Below the pieces are notes generated by a model. The model did no database searches. It was given only the letters and a program-made list of their open reading frames with translations, and was not told the DNA's origin. Shown piece by piece: positions 29,570 through 40,700 of a stretch of DNA of 64,000 nucleotides (its first letter is position 1; every line of letters begins with the position of its first letter). The position numbers were made by a program, and so were the translations under genes. Source of the DNA: an uncultured virus (IMG/VR IMGVR_UViG_3300021962_000075) (lineage: Duplodnaviria > Heunggongvirae > Uroviricota > Caudoviricetes); the IMG/VR virus record IMGVR_UViG_3300021962_000075. The stretch is one strand, 5' to 3'.

Positions 29570-30540
29570 CAACAAAGATAACGCCATCAGTACTGGCAAA
29601 TACAGCAGTTACTGCTGGCTCTTATGGTGATGCCACACAAATACCAACGGTTGCAATTGATGCACAAGGTAGAATTACTTCTGCATCACAACAAGCTGTA
29701 GCAATAAGTACAAGTCAAGTAACATCTGGTACATTTGCTGATGCAAGATTACCGGATAAAATTAGTTCAACATCGGTTGGTTCTGCAAGTCATGTATCTC
29801 GTTTTACTGTCGATGCTAAAGGTAGAGTTACTTCAGCAAATAGTATAGCGATTCAAATCGCAACTTCACAAATTACTGGTTATCCAACTTTTGCAACATC
29901 AGCAACAACTGATACAACTGATGCAGATAATATTACATCAGGTACTTTGGCAAAAGAAAGACTGCCTGATACTGCTGTTACTGTTGGTACATATGGTTCA
30001 GCAGCAGGATCATCCTACTCAAGATTTGTTGTCGATTCGTCAGGACGAATTACTTCAGCTGCAAACGTTTCAATTCAAATATTACCAGCACAAGTTACTG
30101 GTTTGGCCACATCAGCCACAACAGATACAACTGATGCGAGTAATATTACAACAGGAACTTTACCATCAGCCAGATTATCAATAACAAACGTCAACGCAGG
30201 TTCTTATGGTTCACAATCTCATGTAACGAGATTTACTGTTGACAATAGAGGTAGACTCACATCAGCAAACAACATTGCAATTGCAATCAACGCATCAGCT
30301 GTAGCAGGCCTAGCATCAGTTTCCACATCAGGTTCTTATTTTGATTTGCGTGATAAACCAAGTATACCAACCGTACTGAATACACTTTCAACAGGTTATC
30401 CAGTAGGTTCAATCTATATGAATGGTTTAGATGGTGAAAATCCAAATACTTTATTAGGTTTTGGTACATGGACAGCTGTTTCAAATACTGCATTTACACC
30501 AGACATTGATCCACTCTATGTTTGGATGCGAACCGAATAA
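29566..30540 (+). CDS. Short fibre protein with TVDxxGRxTSA repeats and a minimal gp10/collar-like C-terminus
   Basis: Four repeats resembling G.YG....FTVD.KGR.TSA; SGSYFDLRDKP; YPVGSIYM..NPNTLLGFGTW...YVWMRT. Confidence 0.7.
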   Translation: MTTKITPSVLANTAVTAGSYGDATQIPTVAIDAQGRITSASQQAVAISTSQVTSGTFADARLPDKISSTSVGSASHVSRFTVDAKGRVTSANSIAIQIATSQITGYPTFATSATTDTTDADNITSGTLAKERLPDTAVTVGTYGSAAGSSYSRFVVDSSGRITSAANVSIQILPAQVTGLATSATTDTTDASNITTGTLPSARLSITNVNAGSYGSQSHVTRFTVDNRGRLTSANNIAIAINASAVAGLASVSTSGSYFDLRDKPSIPTVLNTLSTGYPVGSIYMNGLDGENPNTLLGFGTWTAVSNTAFTPDIDPLYVWMRTE

Positions 30541-30543
30541 GTA

Positions 30544-30550
30544 ATAAATA
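30544..30550 (+). promoter_or_regulatory. Late promoter ATAAATA
   Basis: Intergenic, about 20 nt before the ATG at 30570. Confidence 0.65.
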
Positions 30551-30569
30551 CCTCTAAAGGGGTTAAAAA

Positions 30570-30911
30570 ATGTCAGCAGGTTATCAAGAATTATTTTTAG
30601 AAAAAGGTTCAAATTTTACCACGTCCGTAGCATTGGATCAAGCTGACGGTTCACCTTTTCAATTGGTCGATTGCCAAGTTAAAGCTACCATGAAAAAATC
30701 TTATTATTCTAGTAGCACAACCGCAGAATTTATTATAACAATTAATGACCCGACTGAAGGTATCTTAATTATGTCTTTGCCATATGCAAATACAGCAAAC
30801 ATTTCTCCCGGTAGATATGTATATGACGTTGCTATTAAAGATTCTTCTAATAATGTTTCAAGGGTTTTAGAGGGAATTGTGAACGTGTTACCTCAAGTTA
30901 CTGTATTTTAA
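30570..30911 (+). CDS. Small Ig-like virion adaptor protein (BppU-N-like)
   Basis: LEKGSNF, MKKSYYS, G.L.MSL...TANI.PGRYVYDV, RVLEGIV.V.PQVT. Confidence 0.65.
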   Translation: MSAGYQELFLEKGSNFTTSVALDQADGSPFQLVDCQVKATMKKSYYSSSTTAEFIITINDPTEGILIMSLPYANTANISPGRYVYDVAIKDSSNNVSRVLEGIVNVLPQVTVF

Positions 30912-30920
30912 AGGAAAATC

Positions 30921-31454
30921 ATGGCAACAGTAACAGTTAGACAACCAGCAACTGTCAAAGTAAGGGTAGAAGGACAAAAAACAAGAGTCCAGACTCTTTC
31001 TTATGGTACAAAAACACTTAGAAGTTTAACAGACTTGTCACTCACTGGTGCAAACACTGGTGATGTAATCATATACAATGCCAACACAAAGACATTTAGT
31101 GCAAAAGGTCTTGGTGCGGATACACCTGTTCACGGACATTTATTACCAACAGAATCTAGAACATATGACCTTGGTTCCAGAACTAAAAAATTCCGAAGTC
31201 TATATCTAAGTGGTAACACAATTGACCTGGACGGAACACAAATTAAATCTGAAGGCACAACAGGTGCAATTACGTTTGCAGCTGCACCAACAGAATCCAA
31301 TCCTAATCCTATTGCGATTGTCGTTTCTCCAGTTGGTGGTTTTGCGCCTGTACAAACAGTTGGTGGTGTAATATCCGAACAAGCAATTCAAGCCGCAGTA
31401 GCAAACTCAGTAACTTATTTGGCATTCCAAGGTGCAGACTCGGGTTTCTTTTAA
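30921..31454 (+). CDS. Putative fibre adaptor protein
   Basis: Beta-strand N-terminus, LRSLTDL..GDVIIYN, LLP....YDLGS..KKFRSLYLSG fibre motif, C-terminal ADSGFF. Confidence 0.65.
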   Translation: MATVTVRQPATVKVRVEGQKTRVQTLSYGTKTLRSLTDLSLTGANTGDVIIYNANTKTFSAKGLGADTPVHGHLLPTESRTYDLGSRTKKFRSLYLSGNTIDLDGTQIKSEGTTGAITFAAAPTESNPNPIAIVVSPVGGFAPVQTVGGVISEQAIQAAVANSVTYLAFQGADSGFF

Positions 31455-31457
31455 AAT

Positions 31458-31682
31458 ATGGCAAATACAACGATACAGATACTGCGTTCCTATGCGAACA
31501 CCGCACCGGCCAACTTGGCGGACGGTGAATTAGCATACTCATATCTGTCAAATACACTTTTTATTGGTAGTACCACATTAAATGTGGAAACTCAATTATG
31601 GTCCAACAATGTTATTAGTATTGGTGGACCAGATTATATTGCTAATGCGGTTAGTGTAATTGACGGCGGCATTTTTTCATAA
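31458..31682 (+). CDS. Mini protein with Mtd-N-like domain
   Basis: MANTTIQILRS..APANLADGELAYSY..LFIG; ends IDGGIFS. Confidence 0.7.
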   Translation: MANTTIQILRSYANTAPANLADGELAYSYLSNTLFIGSTTLNVETQLWSNNVISIGGPDYIANAVSVIDGGIFS

Positions 31683-31685
31683 ATA
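31679..31685 (+). promoter_or_regulatory. Late promoter ATAAATA
   Basis: Overlaps the stop codon of 31458, about 40 nt upstream of 31726. Confidence 0.6.
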
Positions 31686-31725
31686 GATAATAGGATTAAT
31701 CCAACCAACAACAAGGATAATAATA

Positions 31726-33636
31726 ATGGCGAATACCTCGATTCTAATTAAACGTTCCACCACGGTAGGCGTACCAACAAGCCTACAAGCTGGTGAGTTA
31801 GCGTACTCATACTTATCAAATACCATATTCATTGGTACACCAGGCGGAAATGGTGTTGTTAATGTTGGTGGTCATTACTATACTTCACAGATTGATTCCG
31901 CAACGGCATCAAATACTGTAAACACAATCGTTAAACGTGATGCTGCAGGTAACGTTGCAGTTGGTCACATCACTGCTCGTGGACTTACAATCGGTAGTAA
32001 CGAGTTTGGTACAAACGGTTTTACAGGTAACGCCAATTCCGCAACACAATTTCAAACAGACAGATACATTGATGTTACTGGTGGTGACATTACTGCATCT
32101 GCACAGTTGTTTAACGGTACTGCAAATGCTACACTAAGTGCGTCACTTAATGCTGTTGCTGGTCTAACTGCTGGTGTTTATGGTGGCGTAACAAACATTC
32201 CAGTTGTTACTGTTGCTGCAAATGGTCGTGTTATGGCCATTGCAAACACCAGTATTTCCACAGACTTGTTGATTGCTGGTGATTCTGGTACAGATACAAT
32301 TCATCTAGCTGATGATACATTAAGATTCATTGGCGGTGAAGGTATCACATCAACAGTATCTGACAATGCAGTTTCTTTTGGTGTTGACACAACAGTTGTT
32401 CGTGCAAATACTGGAAGTTTGACACAAACTATTGATGGTAACATCGTCATCAGTGGTAACTTGAGTGTTCTAGGTACAGAAACCATCATCGGTGTTACTA
32501 CACTTGAAGTTTCTGATCCATTATTATACTTAGCTGGTAACAACTACGTATCTGATGTAGTTGATATTGGTTGGGTTGCAAACTACAACAACGGTTCTGC
32601 AAACCTACATGCTGGTATGATTCGTCATGCTGGTGATAAAGACTTCTACGTTTTTGATAGTTACAACGTTGAACCAGATAATAACGTCATTGACATTACT
32701 GGCAATGGTTTCCATATTGCAAACTTACATGCAAACTTAATCTCTACATGGTCTAACGTTACATCATTACATGTTGGTACATTAGATGTTGCTGGTGCAA
32801 CAACACTTAAATCATTATCTTTAACTGATGACCTAACAGTATCTAACGGTGGTACTGGCGCAAGTTCATTCACAGCAGGTGCAATCCTTGTTGGTGATGG
32901 TACAAACTCACTGAAGACACTAGCAAATAGCACATACACCGCAACAGGAACAGGTGCTGCAAACAACACAGTATCTTCAATCACAGTTGATGCATACGGT
33001 AGAGTAACTGCTGCAACGTTTGAACAGATTACTGGTCTAACAGTTGGCCAAGGCGGTACTGGTGCAAGTTCATTCACTGCTGGTCAAGTTGTTATTGGTA
33101 ACGGCACTGGTGCTCTCGTACAACTTGCAAACGTTTCTTCAATCAACACAAACGTTGCAACATCAAACACAGTTGGAAACATTACAACAGACGTATATGG
33201 TCGTGTAACAGGATTCACACAACAAGAAATCTCTGGTCTATCAGTTGCTCAAGGTGGTACTGGTGCATCAACATTGAGTGCAGGTGGTTTGTTAATTGGT
33301 AACGGAACAGGTGCAATTTCTACACTTGCAAACGTTACTTACACATTGACTGGTACACTAGGTGCAGCTAAGACAATCACATCGTTGACTGTTGATGCAT
33401 ATGGCCGTGTAAGTGCAGCAACTGCCGCAGACATTTCTGGTTTGACTGTTGCTCAAGGTGGTACAGGTGCTTCAACATTCACCGCAAAAGGTATCGTATA
33501 CGGTGATGGCACAAATGCACTAGCAGTTACTGCTGCGGCCGGTTCATCCGACCAAACATGGTCTAACCAAATTCTTACAACAACCAATGCAGGTGTTCCT
33601 GTTTGGACATCCACTTTGGATGGAGGTCAATTCTAA
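31726..33636 (+). CDS. Fibre protein with Mtd-N-like N-terminus and LTVxQGGTGA / TVDAYGRV repeats
   Basis: MANTSILIKRS..P.SL.AGELAYSY; four LxVxxGGTGAS repeats; ends LDGGQF. Confidence 0.75.
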   Translation: MANTSILIKRSTTVGVPTSLQAGELAYSYLSNTIFIGTPGGNGVVNVGGHYYTSQIDSATASNTVNTIVKRDAAGNVAVGHITARGLTIGSNEFGTNGFTGNANSATQFQTDRYIDVTGGDITASAQLFNGTANATLSASLNAVAGLTAGVYGGVTNIPVVTVAANGRVMAIANTSISTDLLIAGDSGTDTIHLADDTLRFIGGEGITSTVSDNAVSFGVDTTVVRANTGSLTQTIDGNIVISGNLSVLGTETIIGVTTLEVSDPLLYLAGNNYVSDVVDIGWVANYNNGSANLHAGMIRHAGDKDFYVFDSYNVEPDNNVIDITGNGFHIANLHANLISTWSNVTSLHVGTLDVAGATTLKSLSLTDDLTVSNGGTGASSFTAGAILVGDGTNSLKTLANSTYTATGTGAANNTVSSITVDAYGRVTAATFEQITGLTVGQGGTGASSFTAGQVVIGNGTGALVQLANVSSINTNVATSNTVGNITTDVYGRVTGFTQQEISGLSVAQGGTGASTLSAGGLLIGNGTGAISTLANVTYTLTGTLGAAKTITSLTVDAYGRVSAATAADISGLTVAQGGTGASTFTAKGIVYGDGTNALAVTAAAGSSDQTWSNQILTTTNAGVPVWTSTLDGGQF

Positions 33637-33680
33637 GCTGACTATATAATGTAATAGATTTTTTATGATAGGAGTTTGAA

Positions 33681-34373
33681 ATGGGAAATGAAAAGTATTT
33701 AAATTATTACATTGAGACATTAACGGCGACAATGACAGATTGTGTTGTACGAAATGTCTCAATGCAAGCGAATGCTAAGATTACTGATGAGGTTGTAAAA
33801 GAACAGACTGAACAAATTGAAGCATTGGTTAAGTTAAATAGTGAACTACAAGAAACAGTTCAAAATTTAAAACAAACCAATGCAACAAATGAAAGTAATG
33901 CCTTACAAGAGTTGAAAAACAAGTTGACTGAAACTGAAGGTCTTGTTGCAAAACATAAACAAGATTATGAAGAATTGATTAATAAGTTTAGAGACTATGA
34001 TAGTGTTAAGAATCAGGCAACACACGTTGAAACCTTTAAAGGTGAATTGATTAGAGCCAGAGAAGAAACTAACCGAGTTCGCACTGAACTTGAAACTAGA
34101 ATCAACTCTATTAATGCTGAAACTAATGGAAAAATTAGTGGCATTAATGAAGAAAATGAAAAGAATGTTAGACTGTTAATTCAGAAACATGAAACTGAGA
34201 AAGGTAATCTGAATAATAAGATTGCCGAATTGACTGAAAAGATTGAATACTTACAACTACCTCCTGCCAAGCGAAAAAAAATTGACGAACAGCTGAATAA
34301 AGAAGTGGCACCAACAACCTTAACAAGTTTAGTTGGTACCGATGGCGTACTCAAGGATGGCGGAACGTTTTAA
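33681..34373 (+). CDS. Coiled-coil protein (possible fibre chaperone/linker)
   Basis: E/K/N/L-rich heptads over most of its length; SD GGAG; ends LKDGGTF. Confidence 0.75.
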   Translation: MGNEKYLNYYIETLTATMTDCVVRNVSMQANAKITDEVVKEQTEQIEALVKLNSELQETVQNLKQTNATNESNALQELKNKLTETEGLVAKHKQDYEELINKFRDYDSVKNQATHVETFKGELIRAREETNRVRTELETRINSINAETNGKISGINEENEKNVRLLIQKHETEKGNLNNKIAELTEKIEYLQLPPAKRKKIDEQLNKEVAPTTLTSLVGTDGVLKDGGTF

Positions 34374-34377
34374 GTAA

Positions 34378-35379
34378 ATGTCAAACACAGCAATACAGTT
34401 AAAAAAATCAGGCGTAACAGGGAACACACCATCAGGTCTTGCATTTGGTGAGGTTGCTCTCAACTACGCCGATGGTAAACTGTATTATAAAAACAGTCTT
34501 GGTGGTACATCGTACATCAACAACCAATATTCGTTTGACACAATCAACTCAAACAACTCCCTAATATTTGCGGGAAGTAGTTCAGACACCTTGTCTTTTG
34601 TTGCTGGTAATAATATAACCATCAGCACCAATACAACTACAAAAACAATCACAATCAATTCAACATCTGGTGGTGATCCAAGTTATGCTTTTGATAAAGC
34701 AAACGCAGCATTCAACAAAGCAAACAACGCACTTGCAAATACAAGTGGAACAACATTTGATGGTGATTTGTTAATTGGTAGTAGTGGTAAACTAACAGTA
34801 TTGGCGGTTGGTGGTGATGAAGGCGGTGAAATTCTTTTAGGCAAAGCTGTTAGCAACACGACTTTGAGTGGCACAGGCGTAACAATTGATGTATGGCAAA
34901 ACAGATTAAGATTCTTTGAACAAGGTGGTTCTGCCAGAGGTGCTTACATTGATTTAAGTGCTGCAACTGCTGGTGTTGGTAGTGATTTATTATCTGGTGG
35001 CGGTGGCGGTACAACAGACACAACCGCAAGAGTTTCCGCACAAGCTGCGTTTGATAAAGCAAACTCAGCAGGTTCATTTGCTAACGGTGCTTTCGACAGA
35101 GCAAACTCCGGATATGGTGTTGCAAATACCGGTTCTTCATTTGCTAATGGAGCATTTCTTACCGCCAATTCATCATATAATGCACAGAATACTACCGCAT
35201 CATTTGCTAACGGTGCATTTGTAACAGCTAATTCAGCAGCAAGTTTCGCCAACGGTGCATTTTCAGAAGCCAATATTGCATACACTCATGCAGAAGCAGC
35301 ATATGCAAAAGCAAATACAGGTACAACCGCACTAGACGTAAACTCCGAAATCATTGCATTTACTATCGCCTTTAGTTGA
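34378..35379 (+). CDS. Fibre protein with Mtd-N-like N-terminus and ANxAF stalk
   Basis: MSNTAIQLKKS..TPSGLAFGEVALNYADGKLYYK; ANxAF repeats; ends EIIAFTIAFS. Confidence 0.75.
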   Translation: MSNTAIQLKKSGVTGNTPSGLAFGEVALNYADGKLYYKNSLGGTSYINNQYSFDTINSNNSLIFAGSSSDTLSFVAGNNITISTNTTTKTITINSTSGGDPSYAFDKANAAFNKANNALANTSGTTFDGDLLIGSSGKLTVLAVGGDEGGEILLGKAVSNTTLSGTGVTIDVWQNRLRFFEQGGSARGAYIDLSAATAGVGSDLLSGGGGGTTDTTARVSAQAAFDKANSAGSFANGAFDRANSGYGVANTGSSFANGAFLTANSSYNAQNTTASFANGAFVTANSAASFANGAFSEANIAYTHAEAAYAKANTGTTALDVNSEIIAFTIAFS

Positions 35380-35383
35380 TGAA

Positions 35384-35390
35384 ATAAATA
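35384..35390 (+). promoter_or_regulatory. Late promoter ATAAATA
   Basis: Intergenic, before 35410. Confidence 0.65.
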
Positions 35391-35409
35391 GAGGATTAAG
35401 GAAATTTAA

Positions 35410-35736
35410 ATGGCAAATACTTTTAAAAATCAACTACAAGCAGCAGTCGGAACATCACCAACTACCATCTACACAGCAGGTGTGGGTGTATCGGCCACAG
35501 TTATTGGTATGACAATTGCAAATATATTGAACTCAACTATAACCGCAAACGTTATAGTAACTTCTAGTGGTTCAGATTATTATATGGTCAAGATGGCAGA
35601 AATTGAACCAGGCAATTCATTGATTACCATAGGTGGTGACCAAAAATTGGTACTAGAAGCCAATGACATTATAAAGGTTTCAACAAGTAACGCCTCAGCA
35701 GCTGATGTTATTTTGAGTTTATTGGAAATAACATAA
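35410..35736 (+). CDS. Small beta-sandwich virion adaptor
   Basis: MANTFKN..TIYT...ATVIGMTIAN...KLVLEAND.IKV..ADVILSLLEIT; paralog-like to 37382. Confidence 0.7.
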   Translation: MANTFKNQLQAAVGTSPTTIYTAGVGVSATVIGMTIANILNSTITANVIVTSSGSDYYMVKMAEIEPGNSLITIGGDQKLVLEANDIIKVSTSNASAADVILSLLEIT

Positions 35737-35737
35737 T

Positions 35738-37372
35738 ATGCAATTCACTTACATTGGTAATCAAAGTAAAAAGGATGTAAGGTTAGCTGGTTCATTTGCT
35801 AATGGTGCATTTGTAACTGCTAACTCAGCAGCCAGTTTCGCCAATGGTGCCTTTACAACAGCCAATTCTGGTGCAACATTTGCTAACAGTGCCTTTGTAA
35901 CTGCTAACTCTGCATATACATCACAGAACACCACGGCTGGTTTTGCAAATGGTGCTTTTGTAACTGCTAACTCAGCTGCAAGTTTTGCCAATGGCGCATT
36001 TACAACAGCAAATTCTGGTGCATCGTTTGCTAACAGTGCTTTTGACCACGCCAATGCAGCCTACAACGCAGCAAATACTAGTGGTGCTGATAGTTGGGCT
36101 AGAACACAAGCCAATAACGCATATGACAAGGCAAATTCTGCCGGTTCATTTGCTAATAGTGCTTTCTCTCAAGCCAATTTGGCATATAATGCAATTATAA
36201 CCAGTAGTAATACGGCTTCGTTGTATTATTTGACACGAACATTTACTGGTGATGGTAGTACAACCGATTTTACAGTAACAGCAAACACCACATCAAACAG
36301 TATTCTTGTTTTTGATAACGGTATTACACAAAATCCAATAGTTGATTATAGTGTAAGTGGCACAACATTAACTTTCACAACTGCACCAAGCACTGGTTCT
36401 GTAATACAAGTTCGTGAAATGTTGAGTAACGTTCCAGTAGTTACAGATAATTCCAATTCTGCATTTGATAGAGCAAATGCTGCGTATATTCGAGCCAATT
36501 CATCTTATACTGCACAAAATACAACTGCATCATTTGCTAACGGTGCTTTCGATAGAGCCAATTCAGCAGCAAGTTTTGCCAACGGTGCTTTTATAAAAGC
36601 AAACTCATCTTACGCTGCACAGAACACCACGGCTGATTTCGCAAATGGTGCTTTCGTAACAGCCAATTCTGGTGCATCATTTGCTAATGCTTCTTTCTTG
36701 AGAGCTAATGCTTCTTATCTTGCACAGAACACCACAGCTGATTTTGCCAACGGTGCATTTGTAACAGCTAATGCATCCTACATATCACAAAACACCACGG
36801 CTGGTTTTGCAAATGGTGCATTTATAACCGCTAATGCTTCTTATCTTGCACAAAACACTACATCTGATTTTGCCAACGGTGCTTTCTTAACAGCCAATTC
36901 TGGTGCATCATTTGCTAATGCTGCATTTGATAGAGCAAATGCCGCTTATGCACAAGCAAATACTGGAGGTGGTGGCAGTGGTGCAGATGCATGGGCAAGA
37001 GACACCGCAAATGCAGCATTCATAAAGGCAAATTCAGCCTTTGATGCCGCAAATACAGCTGCAAATACATCTGGAAATACAAGTGTTACAATGGTTACTG
37101 ATAGTTTTGTTGCCAATGGCAGCACAACAACATTTACTTTAACCATGACACCCACAGATAAATACTATACAACTGTGTCTGTTGATGGTATTATTCAACA
37201 TAAAAGTACATATAGTTTATCAGCCAATGTAATTACATTAGATAGTACATTAGAAAACGGAGCACTTGTTGATATCACAACAACTGGTGTTGTAGGTTAT
37301 TCAACTGGTGGTGGCGGAGGCGGTGTATCAATTAGTAAATCTATTGCAATGGCAATAGTGTTTGGTTTATAA
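35738..37372 (+). CDS. Fibre protein with ANxAF stalks and two G(D/N)GSTTxF domains
   Basis: Long ANxAF heptad arrays; domains TFTGDGSTTDF..NGITQ..TLTFTTAP and SFVANGSTTTF..DGIIQ; ends SKSIAMAIVFGL. Confidence 0.75.
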   Translation: MQFTYIGNQSKKDVRLAGSFANGAFVTANSAASFANGAFTTANSGATFANSAFVTANSAYTSQNTTAGFANGAFVTANSAASFANGAFTTANSGASFANSAFDHANAAYNAANTSGADSWARTQANNAYDKANSAGSFANSAFSQANLAYNAIITSSNTASLYYLTRTFTGDGSTTDFTVTANTTSNSILVFDNGITQNPIVDYSVSGTTLTFTTAPSTGSVIQVREMLSNVPVVTDNSNSAFDRANAAYIRANSSYTAQNTTASFANGAFDRANSAASFANGAFIKANSSYAAQNTTADFANGAFVTANSGASFANASFLRANASYLAQNTTADFANGAFVTANASYISQNTTAGFANGAFITANASYLAQNTTSDFANGAFLTANSGASFANAAFDRANAAYAQANTGGGGSGADAWARDTANAAFIKANSAFDAANTAANTSGNTSVTMVTDSFVANGSTTTFTLTMTPTDKYYTTVSVDGIIQHKSTYSLSANVITLDSTLENGALVDITTTGVVGYSTGGGGGGVSISKSIAMAIVFGL

Positions 37373-37381
37373 GGATTTAAA

Positions 37382-37741
37382 ATGACAACTCCAAATATAG
37401 CAGCATTAACAACAATTACAGGAAATACACAAGTACAAGCTGTGACAACATCAGCCACACCAATTGTAAATAATCCTTCTGCAAGTGGACAAATATTGAA
37501 AATAAATTCTTTAATTATTTCAAATATAAACGCAACAACAGCACAAGATATTACAGTAGATTTATATAGAAACACAACAGCATATAAATTGGTGAGTACA
37601 GTTTCTATTGCGGCCGATAGTTCTTTTACAGCATTAGACAAAACATTATCCATTTATCTTCTTGAAGGCGACCAATTAAGATTGACGGCAAGTAATAATA
37701 GTACACTACAAGCGATTTGTTCATTCGAGGAAATTAGTTAA
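37382..37741 (+). CDS. Small beta-sandwich virion adaptor
   Basis: MTTPNIAALTTITGNT..LKINSLIISN..IYLLEGD.L...SFEEIS. Confidence 0.7.
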   Translation: MTTPNIAALTTITGNTQVQAVTTSATPIVNNPSASGQILKINSLIISNINATTAQDITVDLYRNTTAYKLVSTVSIAADSSFTALDKTLSIYLLEGDQLRLTASNNSTLQAICSFEEIS

Positions 37742-40700
37742 TGTTTAATTCTGGTATTCTTGGAAAAAGGTCAAAGGATACAACAGGTATTGTTTCTGTC
37801 CGTGACAACTTTAACCAACAAAATTATCCGGTACCTACAATTACCAGTTTTTCAGTTACGGATGAATCTTACAATCCAACGGATGATACTGCAATTGATA
37901 CAGCAGGCGGACAAACTATTGTTTTAAATGGTTATGGTTTTGCGCCTGGTATCACCGTTATGGTTAATTCTTCGAACATAAGTGTCGTAACATATATTGA
38001 TCCTAACAGAATATCTTTCACCGCACCAGCATTATCTTCAGGTAGTTATACGGTTTATGCAACTAACGTTAATGGTGGTACAGCAATATTGGTACCAGGT
38101 TTAGTTTATTCAGGAATACCAACATTTACAACATCTGCTGGTTCATTAGGTTCATATTACGAAACAACTTCTATCAACACCTCTGTTAGTGCAACCGGTG
38201 ATACACCAATTACATACTCTGTGGTATCAGGATCATTGCCTTCTGGTGCAACATTAAGTTCAAACGGAACTCTTTCAGGTACAGCTCCAGCTGATTACTC
38301 AAGTTCAACTTATTCATTCGTCATTCAAGCAAGTGATGCTGAAAATCAAGATACTATTCGTTCATTCAATTTAACAATCAATACGGATGTTGTGTCGTTT
38401 TCCACACCAGCAAACAATGTAACATATAATGTTATGGGAAATAGTCCAATATCAAATGTTACTGCAAGCGCAACATCAGCTGCAGGTTATGGTGTATTAT
38501 ATTCATCTACAGGCCTACCCACTGGTTTAACGATTGATGCTGGAACAGGTGTTATATCAGGAACACCAACAGTTGAAGCAAGTAATAATTCAATCATAAC
38601 CGCAACAGCAAATACAACAACTCGTTCTTCAACATTATATATTAATTGGGTTGTTTCTTTAGGTGATTTGTATTGGAAACAAACATCATTATTATTGAAT
38701 GGTGAAACTCCTGTAACACCATATATTAGTGATGCAAGTGCTAATAATGTAGCGTTAACTGTTGTTGGTAATCCGGTTCCAACAAAATTTAATCCATACC
38801 AAGATGGTTACTACAGTAATTATTTTGATGGTACTGGGGATTATTTAACTGCTGCTTCAAGTACAGCTTTTCAACTTGGCACCGGAGATTACACGTTCGA
38901 AGCTTGGATATACCCAACTGCGTTAGGTTCAAATAATAGTAATAATATTTTGAATATTGGTACTTATATAACCGGATTATTGATTAGATGTGCGGCAACT
39001 ACAGGTATTGAAATTTACACCAACAATACACAACGTTTACTTACTGCAACCGGACTCACACAAAATGCTTGGCAGCATATTGCATTAGTTAGAAGCGGAA
39101 GCTCTTGTACATTTTATGTAAATGGCACCAGTATTGGTACATTTACAGATTCTAGTAGTATTTCTCCTGCAACGGCTACAGTTACAATCGGTATGGCAGC
39201 ACATAATAGCAGTGAATTCTTTACTGGTTATATGAGTAATTACAGATTGGTAAAGGGTACAGCAGTATATACATCCGCATTTACTCCATCAACATCACCA
39301 TTAACTGCTATTTCAGGTACAAGTTTATTAACTTGCCAATCAAACAGATTAATTGATAAATCATCTAATGCATTTACTATTACAAAAAATGGTGACACAT
39401 CAGTAACACAAGTGCAACCATTTACAGTTTCGAATGATTATACTGGAGTTTATTTTCCATCCACATCCGATTATTCAACATTTACCGGAACTACCGCACA
39501 AGTTTTTGGTACAGGTGATTTTACAGTTGAATGTTGGGTGTATGCAACTAATACTGGTACAACAACTGGTCATAATATTTCAAGGCCATCAACTTTGACC
39601 AATACGTGGTCACTGCAAACATATAATAGCGCACTAAACTGGTTATTCGGTTCAACAACTCTAGGAACTGGTGCCGTTCCAGTATATGCATGGTCACACC
39701 TTTGTGTCAGTCGTGTTTCTGGTGTAACAAAAGGATTTGTAAACGGAACGCAAACATTCTCTGTAGCAGATACAAACAATTACTCAGCATCACCAACTAG
39801 ACCTATTGGTCCTGGTGGAGGTGGTGCAGCGGTGTTCTATGTTTCTGATTTCAGAGTTGTTGTTGGATCCGGAGTAACATCAGTCACTGTACCTACATCA
39901 CCATTAACAGCAATAACAAACACACAATTATTGACTCACCAATATAGTGGTGCTGTAGTTAATCAAACTATTATAGACAACGGACAATTCAATAACATTA
40001 TCACAAGAAACGGTAATGCAAGTCAAGGTACATTTAGTCCTTATAGTCAAACTGGCTGGAGTAATTTCTTTGATGGTAGTGGTGATTATATAGATGTTAC
40101 TGGAATACCTGTGGCAGCAACAGGACAATTCACAGTTGAAGCATGGATATACACCAACAAAGTTAATAGTTCTACCAATCAGATGATATACTCACAGTAT
40201 AACACAACCGATTCTAATAGATTTACTATTAATATAAACACATCCAACAAATTAACAGTGACACATCCTTCAGGTAACATCACTGGTGCAACAACAATAA
40301 CACCATATCAATGGAATCATATTGCGGTAACTAGAGATGCAAGCAATACACTTAGAATATTTTTAAATGGTGTAGTTGATGCATCATCGTCAAGTTGGAC
40401 AAATTCAATATTTCAAACCAATGCAAGGATTGGATATTATCCAAACACTCCACTAGATTACTTTAATGGTTATATCAGTAATCTAAGAGTATTGAGTGGG
40501 ACTGGATTATACACTGAAGCATTCACACTACCAACCACAGCATTAACTGCAATAGCAAACACAACTTTATTAACTTGTGGATCAAACAGATTTGTTGATA
40601 ATTCAAATAATAATTATACATTAACTAGAACTGGTGATGTGTCAGTTCAAGCCTTTAGTCCATTTGGAGGAACAGCTTATAATCCAAGTTTGCATGGTGG

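Noticed and set aside
33640..33652. TATAAT upstream of 33681 as a sigma70 promoter
   Set aside because: No -35 or extended -10 at the proper spacing; may be a late-promoter variant but not supportable
31458..35379. Mtd-N-like domains as evidence of a diversity-generating retroelement
   Set aside because: No reverse transcriptase, no TR/VR pair differing at adenines and no C-type lectin tip seen; only the N-terminal attachment-type domain is present
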